From NCBI GenBank assembly GCA_964016885.1, contig CAXHJY010000194.1, positions 70,210 to 134,209 of the forward strand: a stretch of 64,000 nucleotides of DNA. The letters are read 5' to 3'. The stretch comes from Eledone cirrhosa. Taxonomy: Eukaryota. Shown in pieces: positions 39,181-52,958 of the stretch. Each line of letters starts with the position of its first letter. Within the stretch, counting starts at the first letter, position 1. A program made the position numbers and the translations under genes. The notes below the pieces were generated by a model that did not search any database, had not been told where the DNA came from, and worked only from the letters and a program-made list of their open reading frames with translations.

Positions 39181-40014
39181 TGTGGGTTGATAGAGGTGGC
39201 CAGTCATATGATCTATCTGAAGTTTTCTTAGTTGAGAGTTGTAACCAGACAGGATGGTCATGGCTGAAAGACTTTGATCAAATGTTTGCACAAGTAGAGC
39301 CAACAAGAGAATCACTGTGGTCTCTCGACCTGCTAAAAGTAGCAGCCAAACCCACTATGTTGACAAATTTTATGTTTCCACAGCACAACTCTAAATTAAC
39401 ACATATTCTCAACACAGAACTATGGCAGCTTTTGGTCATGTGTGTAGCCATCTTTGATGGTAATTGTTTGAATTTAATGAAGAAATATTGAAATGAAAGT
39501 TAACTTTTGTGCAATCTTTTTGCTGGTTCACTACAGAACATCGGAATATCGGAATATCGGACAACATGAAGGAAACTTTGGCAAATTTTGATGAACAGTG
39601 TTTACTGATCAATATATTTATATCGCAGTATACGCATACATCCATACATATACAGTAATACACAGTCACATACACACACACACATACATAAATATGTACA
39701 CTCATATATATATATATATATATATTTATATACACACATAGAAATAAATATACATATACACACATATAGACACACATATTTAGGGACAAATATACATACA
39801 CACACAGATGCATATAATCATACACAAACACACACGCACAGCCATGCAAGGACACTCTAAGTTCTTTCATCTCCCTCAATATCCTTCTTTAATTAATACT
39901 CCCCCTCCCCCCTTAGATTGGCCTTTGTTTTCCAATCCTGGTTGTTCTTTATTCTCACATCACAGTTCTCATCCACCCCACATATCACCACTCTCACATC
40001 CACTACTCCAGCAT

Positions 40015-40950
40015 CTTCATCATCATTATTACCACCACATCACCACCACCAACATTATCACCACAACCATCACCAATAACAACAGCAACACCATCACCAA
40101 CAACTACATCACTACCACTACTACCACCACCATCACCACCACCAGCACCATCACCACCACCACCACTACAACCTTGACCATTAGTTCAGCCGACAATTTT
40201 CAAGAGGATTTCACAGGGTCTTTAATTTGGAGATGTAACAGACTTCTAACGGCAACACACACAACACCACCACCGCCAACAACAACATCAACACCACCAC
40301 CACCACCACCAACAACAACAACACCACCAACAACAATAACCACACCACCACCAACAACATCACCACCAACAACACCACCACCACCAGCAACAACAACACC
40401 ACCAACAACAACAAAAACACCAACAACAACCCCACCACAACCAGCACCACCAACACCATAGCCACCACCACAACTAACAACAACCACCAAAACCACAGCC
40501 GCCACCACTAAACCACCACAACATCACCCGGACACCACCACTAACGCCACCACAACACCACCAACACCACAGTCACCACTACCACTAACACCACCATCAC
40601 TACAACTGCCACCACACAACACCACCCTAATACCACCACCAACACCACAGCCACTACCACCACTACAACTGCCACCACCACAACACCATAACACCACCCT
40701 AATACCACCATCATCACCACAACTGCCACCACCACTAACACCACCACAACACCACCCTAATACCACTACCACCACGACAACTGCCACCACCACAACACCA
40801 CCCTAATACCACCACCACCACTACAACTACCACCACCACAACACCACCCTAATACCACCACCATCACTACAACTGCCACTATCACCACAATTGCCACCAC
40901 CACTAACACCACCACAACACCACCCTAATACCACCACCACTAACAACAAA
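40015..40950. repeat. (CCA/CAA)n-rich low-complexity tract
   Basis: Direct reading. Confidence 0.9.
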
Positions 40951-41118
40951 CACAATAGTGACACAATAGAAAGATGAAAGCAATTTACTGTTAATTATTA
41001 GTAATGAGCTTCATGTTAATTTTTGTCATCAAATCAATAGTTTATAACTAATTTTAGGAGAAAGCAAGATGCTGGCATTATTATTATTGTCGTAAATTAT
41101 GATGGCAATAGCATTGAA

Positions 41119-42005
41119 CATCATCATCATCATCATTTTATGTCCGTTCTTCTACGCTAGCATGGGTTAGACGGGTTGTCCTGTGGTGGGCAGTGTCCAG
41201 TCGGCTGACCTTGTCTTGCTCATACAGGAACTGATTCTGACTTGATTTCTACAGCTGGATGCCCTTCCTAACACCAACCTCATTTACAGTATGGGCTGGG
41301 TGCTTTTTTCCATGGCGCCTACATGTCCACTTTACAGTATGGGCTGGGTGCTTTTTTCCATGGCGCCTACATGTCCACTTTACAGTATGGGCTGGGTGCT
41401 TTTTTCCATGGCGCCTACATGTCCACTTTACAGTATGGGCTGGGTGCTTTTTTCCATGGCGCCTACATGTCCACTTTACAGTGTGGGCTGGGTGCTTTTT
41501 TCCATGGCGCCTACATGTCCACTTTACAGTATGGGCTGGGTGCTTTTTTCCATGGCGCCTACATGTCCACTTTACAGTATGGGCTGGGTGCTTTTTTCCA
41601 TGGCGCCTACATGTCCACTTTACAGTATGGGCTGGGTGCTTTTTTCCATGGCGCCTACATGTCCACTTTACAGTGTGGGCTGGGTGCTTTTTTCCATGGC
41701 GCCTACATGTCCACTTTACAGTATGGGCTGGGTGCTTTTTTCCATGGCGCCTACATGTCCACTTTACAGTATGGGCTGGGTGCTTTTTTTCCATGGCGCC
41801 TACATGTCCACTTTACAGTGTGGGCTGGGTGCTTTTTTGCCATGACACCTCCATGACCACTTTGCAGTGGAAGGGGATGGGGTATATTGTCTATATGCAT
41901 CAGCTTCGGCTTGTACCCGTAGGAAGTCGGGTCTTCTGTATTACTGCGTGACGGTCCTGTGTCATCACCTTTGACAGGTGCAGTTGGGTAAGGTCAGCTT
42001 TTATG
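41119..42005 (-). mobile_element. RTE 3'-end element containing an expanded 48-bp minisatellite (41287-41845)
   Basis: Homologous to 16430-16885 and 55190-55465; unit cagtatgggctgggtgcttttttccatggcgcctacatgtccacttta, about 11.5 copies. Confidence 0.88.
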
Positions 42006-42024
42006 AACGTATTTAAATATTATT

Positions 42025-42240
42025 ATGGTGGTGGATTAGCAGAATCGGGCGAGCGTCAGCATAGGAGATATGGCCCTTTATATTCTGAATTCAAATCCCG
42101 CCGAGGTTAGCTTTGCCTTTCATCCTTACAGGGTCGATAAAATAAAGCACCAGTAATGCACTGGGGTCGATTTAATCAACTTTCTCCTCCCCCGTCAAAT
42201 TGCTGACCTTCTGCCCAAAATAAGAAATAGTTATTATTAT
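42025..42240 (+). mobile_element. Nin-domain SINE
   Basis: Same core and (ATT)n tail as other copies. Confidence 0.75.
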
Positions 42241-42429
42241 CATCATCATTATTGTTATTACTAGAGGACCTGTGCTGTAAATATGATGGCAATAAGCATT
42301 GAACATATTTAAATGTACTCCAGGATCAGTATGCCATATATATATCAGGATTACTGGATATATGAACAATCTTATAAACTGGGGCATTTATGTTTTGATA
42401 AATGAATGGTTTACATAAAAGAAACCTGT

Positions 42430-42700
42430 GGAGGCACATGGCCTAGTGGTAAGGGTGTTGGGCATACGATCATAATGCTGTGGGTTCGATTCTTGGACTA
42501 CGTTGTGTGTGGTGTTTTTGAGAAAAACACTTCATTTCACGTTGGTCTAGTATACTCAGCTGAAAATGAGTACCAGCAATCGCTGGTGTTTAACCCTGCG
42601 ATGGACTGGCAGGGGAGAGTCTTGTACTCTCAGTCTCTTAATGCCATGGAAACTGAGATAAACACTGACCTGCTGAGCCTCTGGCCTTGAGACAGACTTT
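42430..42700 (+). mobile_element. tRNA-derived SINE (second family)
   Basis: A-box tggcctagtgg, B-box ggttcgattc, shared core. Confidence 0.7.
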
Positions 42701-43204
42701 AACCCTTTAGCATTTAAACCGGCTATATCTGGCTAGAAGTTTCTCACCTCTTTCTGTTCAAATCAGCTGTAACCAACTGCTCATACTGACATTAAGGTAT
42801 TGTTCTCAAAATAAATAATATCAAAATCTTGAGATTCGATGTTATGTGTGATAAAGCCTTTAGCGTGAAAATACAATAGTAAATATAGAGAAATGTAAAT
42901 GCTAAAGGGTTAAATAATAGAAACTTAATAGTTTATGTTAATTCCTGACATGTGGATATGATTAAAGATATTGATATTTTGAATAATTTATTTCTAGGAT
43001 ATAATTACATAAATATCCTGCTTATATGTACAAATGATACACAGGATTAAATGTATGAGTAAGTTTGGAAAATTAACTATTTACAGCAATAAATGTAAGG
43101 TTAGAACCCAGGACTGGAATGTGAACTTCTTATTGTAACAACATGATTGCATTAGGAAATGTATTGTATGCATATGTGTGTATGTTTGTTAAAGAATTAC
43201 TGAC

Positions 43205-43820
43205 AGAGAGGTTTAGCTGGCCTCCATCGAACTTACATCTCATAGTAGGTTTCTTGGCTGTTTTAATGATGGGGCCTTATTCATATCATGTGGTTACAGC
43301 TGACCCCAATGTAGATTTAGCTGGCCTCTTACAAGCTAATATTTCATAGGAGGCTTCTTGGATGTTTTAATGTCAGGTCCTCCCAGTTTTATCATGATGT
43401 TATTACAGGTCCCACCTATGTCAGTTTAGCTGGCCTCCTTTGAGGTTGCATCTCATAAAGTCTCTTCTTGTGTATTTTGATGGCAGGGGCTCCTGTCATA
43501 TCAAGTTATTGTTACAACTCAAACCTGTGCAGGTTTAATTGGCCTCCTACAAGGTTGTGTCTCATAGGAAGTTTCTTGGGTGTTTTAATGACAGGGGCCC
43601 CAGTCCTATCCTTGTTGTTACAACTCACACCTAAGTAGGTTTAGCTGGTCCTCTACAAGATTATCTCATAGGTAGTTTCTTGAGTGTTTTAATGATAGAG
43701 CTCCTGTCCTATTCTTGTTGTTACAACTCATACTTATGTAGGTTTGGCTGGTCCTCTACAAGGTTATCTCATAAGGACTCTTTGTGATTATTTTAATGAT
43801 AGGGCTCCTGTTCTATCATG
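43205..43820. repeat. Diverged tandem repeat, about 105-bp unit, about 6 copies
   Basis: gtttagctggcctc...tctcatag...gttttaatga recurs at about 43211, 43315, 43424, 43532, 43639 and 43742. Confidence 0.75.
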
Positions 43821-44879
43821 TAAAGCAATGTGAAATGAAGCATTGCTCAGTCCAAGAACCTAACCTATGACCTTATGATTGTGAGTCCAACTCCCTAACT
43901 ACTAAGCCACATGACACCAAGAGGTGTGTGGTTGCTAGGATTTGGTTTATTTGACACACCCATGTCAGTGATTAAGGACATAGACCAAACACGGTGCACA
44001 GGAATAAATAGATTATTTATTTATATTCATACACAAGCAATAATAAAATGCACCCAGTATGCTCTGTAAGTAGTTGGGGTTAGGAAGGGCATCCAGTTGT
44101 AGAAACCCCATTCCAAACAAATGGTTAAGAGTATTCTTCTGTTGTGTCAAGGACATGACAATTTCTCAGTGCCTGTACCATGATAGAATGCATACAGTAC
44201 ACACTAGTGTAGTTAGGGTTAGGAAGGGCATCCAAATGTAAAAAAAAACATCTCAGAACTGAACACGTAAGACATACCCCACCCCAACCCAACTAGGAGG
44301 ACAGTAGCTCTTAAGTATTAACTTGGTCTGTGATGATGTGTCCAACACATGCCAGCATGGAGAAAAAAACTGACATTAAATGATGATAGTAGTGGTGGCG
44401 GCAGCATGCTCTCACACAAGTTGAGAGGTGTAGATATGCAGGAGGGTGTAGATATGCAGGAGGGTGTGGTAGAGAATGAACTTAGAGAGGGAGAGAGGTA
44501 AAGACAGTTTAGATTGAGAGAGAGAGGTTAAGACAGTGAAGATTGGGTGAGAGAGGTAAAGGTAGTGTAGATTGGGGGAGAAAGAGGTTAAAACAGTGTA
44601 GATTGGGTGAGAGAAGTTAAGACAGTGTAGATTGAGAGAGAGGGAAAGATGACAGTGTAGATTGGGTGAGAGGGAGAGAAAGAGATGGAGAGAGAGTGAG
44701 AGTGTGTGTGAGAGAAAAAGAGGGAGAGATTGAGTATCTATTTTTAGTTTATTTATTCAGTCAGTATTGATCTTGTCATGGTTCTTGTAACTAATCAATG
44801 TATTGTATTGATGATGGTAGTGGTGGTGGTAGTGGTGGAGCTTTGTTGTTGTTGGGTGCAGGTGTGGTGGTGGTGGTGG

Positions 44880-47300
44880 TGGTGGTAATGACAGGAGTGT
44901 TGTTGGTGTAGTGGTGGTGGTAGTGACAGGAGTGGTGTTGGTGTAGTGGTGGTGGTAGTGACAGGAGTGGTGTTGGTGTAGTGGTGGTGGTAGTGACAGG
45001 AGTGGTGTTGGTGTAGTGGTGGTGGTAGTGACAGGAGTGGTGTTGGTGTAGTGGTGGTGGTAGTGACAGGAGTGGTGTTGGTGTAGTGGTGGTGGTAGTG
45101 ACAGGAGTGGTGTTGGTGTAGTGGTGTTGGTGTTGGTGTAGTGGTGGTGGTAGTGACAGGAGTGGTGTTGGTGTAGTGGTGTTGGTGTAGTGGTGGTGGT
45201 AGTGACAGGAGTGGTGTTGGTGTAGTGGTGGTAGTGACAGGAGTGTTGTTGGTGTAGTGGTGGTAGTGGCAGGAGTGGTGTTGGTGTTGGTGTAGTGGTG
45301 GTGGTAGTGACAGGAGTGGTGTTGGTGTAGTGGTGGTGGTAGTGACAGGAGTGGTGTTGGTGTAGTGGTGGTGGTAGTGACAGGAGTGGTGTTGGTGTAG
45401 TGGTGGTAGTGACAGGAGTGGTGTTGGTGTAGTGGTGGTGGTAGTGACAGGAGTGGTGTTGGTGTAGTGGTGGTGGTAGTGACAGGAGTGGTGTTGGTGT
45501 AGTGGTGGTAGTGGCAGGAGTGGTGTTGGTGTTGGTGTAGTGGTGGTGGTAGTGACAGGAGTGGTGTTGGTGTAGTGGTGGTAGTGGCAGGAGTGGTGTT
45601 GGTGTTGGTGTAGTGGTGGTGGTAGTGACAGGAGTGGTGTTGGTGTAGTGGTGGTGGTAGTGACAGGAGTGGTGTTGGTGTAGTGGTGGTAGTGGCAGGA
45701 GTGGTGTTGGTGTAGTGGTGGTGGTAGTGACAGGAGTGGTGTTGGTGTAGTGGTGGTGGTAGTGACAGGAGTGGTGTTGGTGTAGTGGTGGTGGTAGTGA
45801 CAGGAGTGGTGTTGGTGTAGTGGTGGTAGTGGCAGGAGTGGTGTTGGTGTTGGTGTAGTGGTGGTGGTAGTGACAGGAGTGGTGTTGGTGTAGTGGTGGT
45901 GGTAGTGGCAGGAGTGGTGGTGGTGGTAGTGACAGGAGTGGTGTTGGTGTAGTGGTGGTGGTAGTGACAGGAGTGGTGTTGGTGTAGTGGTGGTGGTAGT
46001 GACAGGAGTGGTGTTGGTGTAGTGGTGGTAGTGGCAGGAGTGGTGTTGGTGTTGGTGTAGTGGTGGTGGTAGTGACAGGAGTGGTGTTGGTGTAGTGGTG
46101 GTGGTAGTGACAGGAGTGGTGTTGGTGTAGTGGTGGTGGTAGTGGCAGGAGTGGTGTTGGTGTAGTGGTGGTGGTAGTGACAGGAGTGGTGTTGGTGTAG
46201 TGGTGGTAGTGGCAGGAGTGGTGTTGGTGTTGGTGTAGTGGTGGTGGTAGTGACAGGAGTGGTGTTGGTGTAGTGGTGGTGGTAGTGACAGGAGTGGTGT
46301 TGGTGTAGTGGTGGTGGTAGTGGCAGGAGTGGTGTTGGTGTAGTGGTGGTGGTAGTGACAGGAGTGGTGTTGGTGTAGTGGTGGTGGTAGTGGCAGGAGT
46401 GGTGTTGGTGTAGTGGTGGTGGTAGTGACAGGAGTGGTGTTGGTGTAGTGGTGGTGGTAGTGACAGGAGTGGTGTTGGTGTAGTGGTGGTAGTGGCAGGA
46501 GTGGTGTTGGTGGTGGTAGTGACAGGAGTGGTGTTGGTGTAGTGGTGGTAGTGGCAGGAGTGGTGTTGGTGGTGGTAGTGACAGGAGTGGTGTTGGTGTA
46601 GTGGTGGTAGTGGCAGGAGTGGTGTTGGTGGTGGTAGTGACAGGAGTGGTGTTGGTGTAGTGGTGGTGGTAGTGACAGGAGTGGTGTTGGTGTAGTGGTG
46701 GTGGTAGTGACAGGAGTGGTGTTGGTGTAGTGGTGGTGGTAGTGACAGGAGTGGTGTTGGTGTAGTGGTGGTGGTAGTGACAGGAGTGTTGTTGGTGTAG
46801 TGGTGGTGGTAGTGACAGGAGTGGTGTTGGTGTAGTGGTGGTGGTAGTGACAGGAGTGGTGTTGGTGTAGTGGTGGTGGTAGTGACAGGAGTGGTGTTGG
46901 TGTAGTGGTGGTGGTGTTGGTGATGGTAGTGGTGATGCTGTTGATAATGGTGATGATTATGTTGCTATTGGTGATGAAGATGGTGTGGTGATGGTGATGA
47001 TGTTAATGATGTTAATGTTAATGATGATGTTGGTGATGGGGATGGTGTTGGTGATGATGGGGATGGTGTTGGTGATGATGATGGTGGTGTTGGTGTTGGT
47101 GATGTTGGTGTTGATGATGGGGATGGTGTTGGTGTTGATGATGATGATGGTGGTGTTGGTGTTGATGATGGGGATGGTGTTGGTGATGATGATGATGATG
47201 GTGGTGTTGGTGTTGATGATGGGGTTGGTGTTGGTGATGATGATGGGGATGGTGTTGGTGATGATGATGGGGATGGTGTTGGTGATGATGATGATGGCTA
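44880..47300. repeat. About 35-bp minisatellite (ggtagtgacaggagtggtgttggtgtagtggtggt)n grading into (GAT/GGT)n
   Basis: Direct reading. Confidence 0.93.
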
Positions 47301-47654
47301 TGTCAGTGGAGATCATCAATGCCACATTTCTGTTATATTTCTCAATTTAACAAAATATCTTTTTTATAGTAAAACTGGATTTAGTTGAGAAATTCAACCT
47401 GAGTATTGCATGGAATGGGGTGGAGTGTGGCATTGAGTGCAGGTGGAGTGGAGTGGAATATGACATGGAGTGGAGTGGGGAAGTGGAATATGATGTGCGG
47501 TGGAGATGGGTATGGAGTGGAATGGGGTATGGAATGTGACATAAAGTGGAGTGGGGCTTGAAACAGAGTGGAGTGAGGTAGAGTGGGTTGGTATATGCTA
47601 CATGTGGATTAGAGCAGTGAGTGTATGAGGGGGTGGTATGCTACATGTTGAGTG

Positions 47655-47925
47655 TAAAACCACATGGCTTAGTAGTTGGGGTGTTCTGCTCAGAATCATA
47701 ACATCATGAGTTCAATTTCTGGCACAGAGTTGTGTTGTTGAGCAAGACACTTTACTCCATGCTGCTCCAGTCTACTTAACTGAGGAATATGAGTTGTACA
47801 TGTAATTACCCTTAGAACTAAATGAAAGGTGCACGTGTCTGTGGAATGCTCAGTCACTTGTACTTTAATTTCACAAGCAGGCTATTACATTAGTCAAACA
47901 AATGGTAAACTAATCAACACACACA
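47655..47925 (+). mobile_element. tRNA-derived SINE (second family), decayed
   Basis: catggcttagtagttgggg...gagttcaatttc...ttgagcaagacacttta. Confidence 0.6.
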
Positions 47926-48946
47926 CAAACACACAGACAGACAAACACACTTACAAATACACACAGTCACACTCACTTGCAGATACACACACACACACAG
48001 ATACACACGCACACAGATACATACACATGCACACACAGATACATACATAGACACACACTCACACAAACATTCAACATGTGGAGTGGAGGTTCAGTTCAGT
48101 TATAGCTCAGAGGTGTGTGATTCATCATCATCATCATTATATATATATATATGGTGGGTGGGTTATAGGGATTGTGGTATTAGTTGTTGATGTGTGTGGT
48201 GGTGGTGGTGGTGGTGGTGTGGTGGTGGTGGCGGTGGTGGTGGTGGTGATCTCAGGTGGCAGTGAATTGTTGTCAGAAAGAATCAGGTTGATTGGCAGAC
48301 TTACAAGAATCTGACATTTGGAATTGTCTTCAGCCAGTCACAGAGAGAGGAACTACTACCACTACCACTACCACTACCATCACCACCACCACCACTACCA
48401 CCACCTCCACCACCACCACCACCACCACTACCACCACCACTACAACCGCCACTACTACTACTATTACCACCACCATTACTACTACTACAACCACCACCAC
48501 TTCCACTACTATTACTACAATGACCACTACCACTACTACCACTACTACTATTACTGCCATCACCACCACCAGCGCCACGTGTTCAATGCATTGTCAGAGC
48601 CAAGACTCTGGATGTGGAGTGGAGTAGGGCTTGGAGTAGAGTGTGTATCGTCTTTCAGTAGCAGTTTGCTTGACAGTTCCGTACAAGCGACAGGTCATCA
48701 GAAATGGTAATGGACTTGGGAACCTCCCTCAACGAGCTGTGGTGACTATCAACAGAGTCAAGATATAGGATGAGTGAGAAGCTGCATGACATATAAGTTG
48801 CCCTGCTTTGGGTGGTCTACTCTACAAATTTTACGAGTTTATGCCTGACTTTTGCACTGGGGACTACTATGGATAATTTTCAGAAGTCTCTGGCCTGGCA
48901 ACACTACCAGTTTGAGTTAAACTCTTAGGCATAGTGCTGCCATCAG

Positions 48947-51900
48947 CCAAGCCTATCTCAGGTATGTGCAGGGCTAGGAAACAGTTCTACTCACACTTGT
49001 TCAGTCAAGCCTATCTGAGGGGTGTGCAGGGCTATGAAACAGTTCTACTCACACTTGTTCAGTCAAGCCTATCTGAGGGGTGTGCAGGGCTATGAAACAG
49101 TTCTACTCACACTTGTTCAGTCAAGCCTATCTGAGGGGTGTGCAGGGCTATGAAACAGTTCTACTCACACTTGTTCAGTCAAGCCTATCTGAGGGGTGTG
49201 CAGGGCTATGAAACAGTTCTATTCACACTTGTTCAGTCAAGCCTATCTGAGATGTGTGCAGGGCTATGAAACAGTTCTACTCACACTTGATCAGTCAAGC
49301 CTATCTGAGGTATGTGCAGGGCTATGAAACAGTTCTACTCACACTTGTTCAGTCAAGCCTATCTGAGGTGTGTGCAGGGCTATGAAACAGTTCTACTCAC
49401 ACTTGTTCAGTCAAGCCTATCTGAGGGGTGTGCAGGGCTCTGAAACAGTTCTACTCACACTTGTTCAGTCAAGCCTATCTGAGATGTGTGCAGGGCTATG
49501 AAACAGTTCTACTCACACTTGTTCAGTCAAGCCTATCTGAGGGGTGTGCAGGGCTATGAAACAGTTCTACTCACACTTGTTCAGTCAAGCCTATCTGAGG
49601 GGTGTGCAGGGCTATGAAACAGTTCTACTCACACTTGTTCAGTCAAGCCTATCTGAGGTGTGTGCAGGGCTATGAAACAGTTCTACTCACACTTGATCAG
49701 TCAAGCCTATCTGAGGTATGTGCAGGGCTCTGAAACAGTTCTACTCACACTTGTTCAGTCAAGCCTATCTGAGGTGTGTGCAGGGCTATGAAACAGTTCT
49801 ACTCACACTTGTTCAGTCAAGCCTATCTGAGGGGTGTGCAGGGCTCTGAAACAGTTCTACTCACACTTGTTCAGTCAAGCCTATCTGAGGGGTGTGCAGG
49901 GCTCTGAAACAGTTCTACTCACACTTGTTCAGTCAAGCCTATCTGAGATGTGTGCAGGGCTATGAAACAGTTCTACTCACACTTGTTCAGTCAAGCCTAT
50001 CTGAGGGGTGTGCAGGGCTATGAAACAGTTCTACTCACACTTGTTCAGTCAAGCCTATCTGAGGGGTGTGCAGGGCTATGAAACAGTTCTACTCACACTT
50101 GTTCAGTCAAGCCTATCTGAGGTGTGTGCAGGGCTATGAAACAGTTCTACTCACACTTGATCAGTCAAGCCTATCTGAGGTATGTGCAGGGCTCTGAAAC
50201 AGTTCTACTCACACTTGTTCAGTCAAGCCTATCTGAGGTGTGTGCAGGGCTATGAAACAGTTCTACTCACACTTGTTCAGTCAAGCCTATCTGAGGGGTG
50301 TGCAGGGCTCTGAAACAGTTCTACTCACACTTGTTCAGTCAAGCCTATCTGAGATGTGTGCAGGGCTATGAAACAGTTCTACTCACACTTGTTCAGTCAA
50401 GCCTATCTGAGGGGTGTGCAGGGCTATGAAACAGTTCTACTCACACTTGTTCAGTCAAGCCTATCTGAGGGGTGTGCAGGGCTATGAAACAGTTCTACTC
50501 ACACTTGTTCAGTCAAGCCTATCTGAGGTGTGTGCAGGGCTATGAAACAGTTCTACTCACACTTGATCAGTCAAGCCTATCTGAGGTATGTGCAGGGCTC
50601 TGAAACAGTTCTACTCACACTTGTTCAGTCAAGCCTATCTGAGGTGTGTGCAGGGCTATGAAACAGTTCTACTCACACTTGTTCAGTCAAGCCTATCTGA
50701 GGTATGTGCAGGGCTCTGAAACAGTTCTACTCACACTTGTTCAGTCAAGCCTATCTGAGGTGTGTGCAGGGCTATGAAACAGTTCTACTCACACTTGTTC
50801 AGTCAAGCCTATCTGAGGTATGTGCAGGGCTCTGAAACAGTTCTACTCACACTTGTTCAGTCAAGCCTATCTGAGGTGTGTGCAGGGCTATGAAACAGTT
50901 CTACTCACACTTGTTCAGTCAAGCCTATCTGAGGTGTGTGCAGGGCTATGAAACAGTTCTACTCACACTTGTTCAGTCAAGCCTATCTGAGGTATGTGCA
51001 GGGCTAGGAAACAGTTCTACTCACACTTGTTCAGTCAAGCCTATCTAAGGTATGTGCAGGGCTAGGAAACAGTTCTACTCACACTTGTTCAGTCAAGCCT
51101 ATCTAAGGTATGTGCAGGGCTAGGAAACAGTTCTACTCACACTTGTTCAGTCAAGCCTATCTAAGGTATGTGCAGGGCTAGGAAACAGTTCTACTCACAC
51201 TTGTTCAGTCAAGCCTATCTGAGGTGTGTGCAGGGCTAGGAAACAGTTCTACTCACACTTGTTCAGTCAAGCCTATCTGAGGTGTGTGCAGGGCTATGAA
51301 ACAGTTCTACTCACACTTGTTCAGTCAAGCCTATCTGAGGTGTGTGCAGGGCTATGAAACAGTTCTACTCACACTTGTTCAGTCAAGCCTATCTGAGGTG
51401 TGTGCAGGGCTAGGAAACAGTTCTACTCACACTTGTTCAGTCAAGCCTATCTGAGGTATGTGCAGGGCTATGAAACAGTTCTACTCACACTTGTTCAGTC
51501 AAGCCTATCTGAGGTGTGTGCAGGGCTAGGAAACAGTTCTACTCACACTTGTTCAGTCAAGCCTATCTGAGGTGTGTGCAGGGCTATGAAACAGTTCTAC
51601 TCACACTTGTTCAGTCAAGCCTATCTGAGGGGTGTGCAGGGCTATGAAACAGTTCTACTCACACTTGTTCAGTCAAGCCTATCTGAGGGGTGTGCAGGGC
51701 TCTGAAACAGTTCTACTCACACTTGTTCAGTCAAGCCTATCTGAGGTATGTGCAGGGCTATGAAACAGTTCTACTCACACTTGTTCAGTCAAGCCTATCT
51801 GAGGTGTGTGCAGGGCTAGGAAACAGTTCTACTAACACTTGTTCAGTCAAGCCTATCTGAAGGGTGTGCAGGGCTATGAAACAGTTCTACTCACACTTGT

Positions 51901-52535
51901 TCAGTCAACCCTATCTGAGGTATGTGCAGGGCTATGAAACAGTTCTACTCACACTTGTTCAGTCAAGCCTATCTGAGGTGTGTGCAGGGCTAGGAAACAG
52001 TTCTACTCACACTTGTTCAGTCAAGCCTATCTGAGGTGTGTGCAGGGCTAGGAAACAGTTCTACTCACACTTGTTCAGTTAAGCCTATCTGAGGTGTGTG
52101 CAGGGCTCTGAAACAGTTCTATTCACACTTGTTCAGTCAAGCCTATCTGAAGGGTGTGCAGGGCTATGAAACAGTTCTACTCACACTTGTTCAGTCAAGC
52201 CTATCTGAAGGGTGTGCAGGGCTATGAAACAGTTCTATTCACACTTGTTCAGTCAAGCCTATCTGAGGTGTGTGCAGGGCTAGGAAACAGTTCTACTCAC
52301 ACTTGTTCAGTCAAGCCTATCTGAAGGGTGTGCAGGGCTATGAAACAGTTCTACTCACACTTGTTCAGTCAAGCCTATCTGAAGGGTGTGCAGGGCTATG
52401 AAACAGTTCTACTCACACTTGTTCAGTCAAGCCTATCTGAGGTGTGTGCAGGGCTATGAAACAGTTCTACTCACACTTGTTCAGTCAAGCCTATCTGAGG
52501 GGTGTGCAGGGCTACGAAACAGTTCTACTCACACT
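48947..52535. repeat. Homogeneous 58-bp minisatellite, about 62 copies
   Basis: Unit cagtcaagcctatctgaggggtgtgcagggctatgaaacagttctactcacacttgtt; no unique spacers. Confidence 0.97.
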
Positions 52536-52696
52536 TTACATTCTGAGTTCAAATTCTGCCACAGCTTTGCTTTTCATCCTTATGGGGTTGATAAAATAAA
52601 GTACCAGTCATGCACTGGGATCGATTTAATCGACTTTATCCTCCCAACAAAATTGTTTTCCTTCTATCTAAATCAGAAACCATTATTATTATTATT
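52536..52696 (+). mobile_element. 5'-truncated Nin-domain SINE abutting an exon acceptor
   Basis: ttctgagttcaaattc...gcttttcatccttatggggttgataaaataaagtaccag...cagaaaccattattattatta. Confidence 0.75.
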
Positions 52697-52701
52697 TGCA
52701 G

Positions 52702-52812
52702 AGAAAGATATAGTGGAGAGCAAGAAGAAAAGCACAACTCTAGGGAAACTATTTCGAAACATGGGACTTCGTAAGTCTGGCAGGAACAAGTTCTCCTATA
52801 AACAACATCAAG
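52702..52812 (+). CDS. SASH1: Coding exon (phase 1-1) of a SASH1/SLy-family-like gene: (E)KDIVESKKKSTTLGKLFRNMGLRKSGRNKFSYKQHQ
   Basis: Acceptor tttgcag, donor AAG/gtaagt, 111 nt open. A basic stretch in the position that precedes the EITM motif in SASH1; phase-compatible with the next exon. Confidence 0.75.
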
Positions 52813-52905
52813 GTAAGTCTTTAGACAATATATTAACTGCAACTGCATGTATGTGTCTAAATATGTATGTATGTATATGTGCATGTATATATACAAAATA
52901 CTTGT

Positions 52906-52956
<51 letters not shown>

Positions 52957-52958
<2 letters not shown>

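Noticed and set aside
41249-41951. 16-aa-repeat ORFs on both strands
   Set aside because: A 48-bp minisatellite inside a retroelement UTR.
42430-42510. tRNA gene candidates (also about 24495, 47660 and 52960)
   Set aside because: The A/B boxes continue into shared SINE bodies, and no complete cloverleaf is evident.
48947-52535. Possible CRISPR-like array
   Set aside because: Units are contiguous near-identical 58-mers with no unique spacers, there are no cas genes, and the context is eukaryotic.
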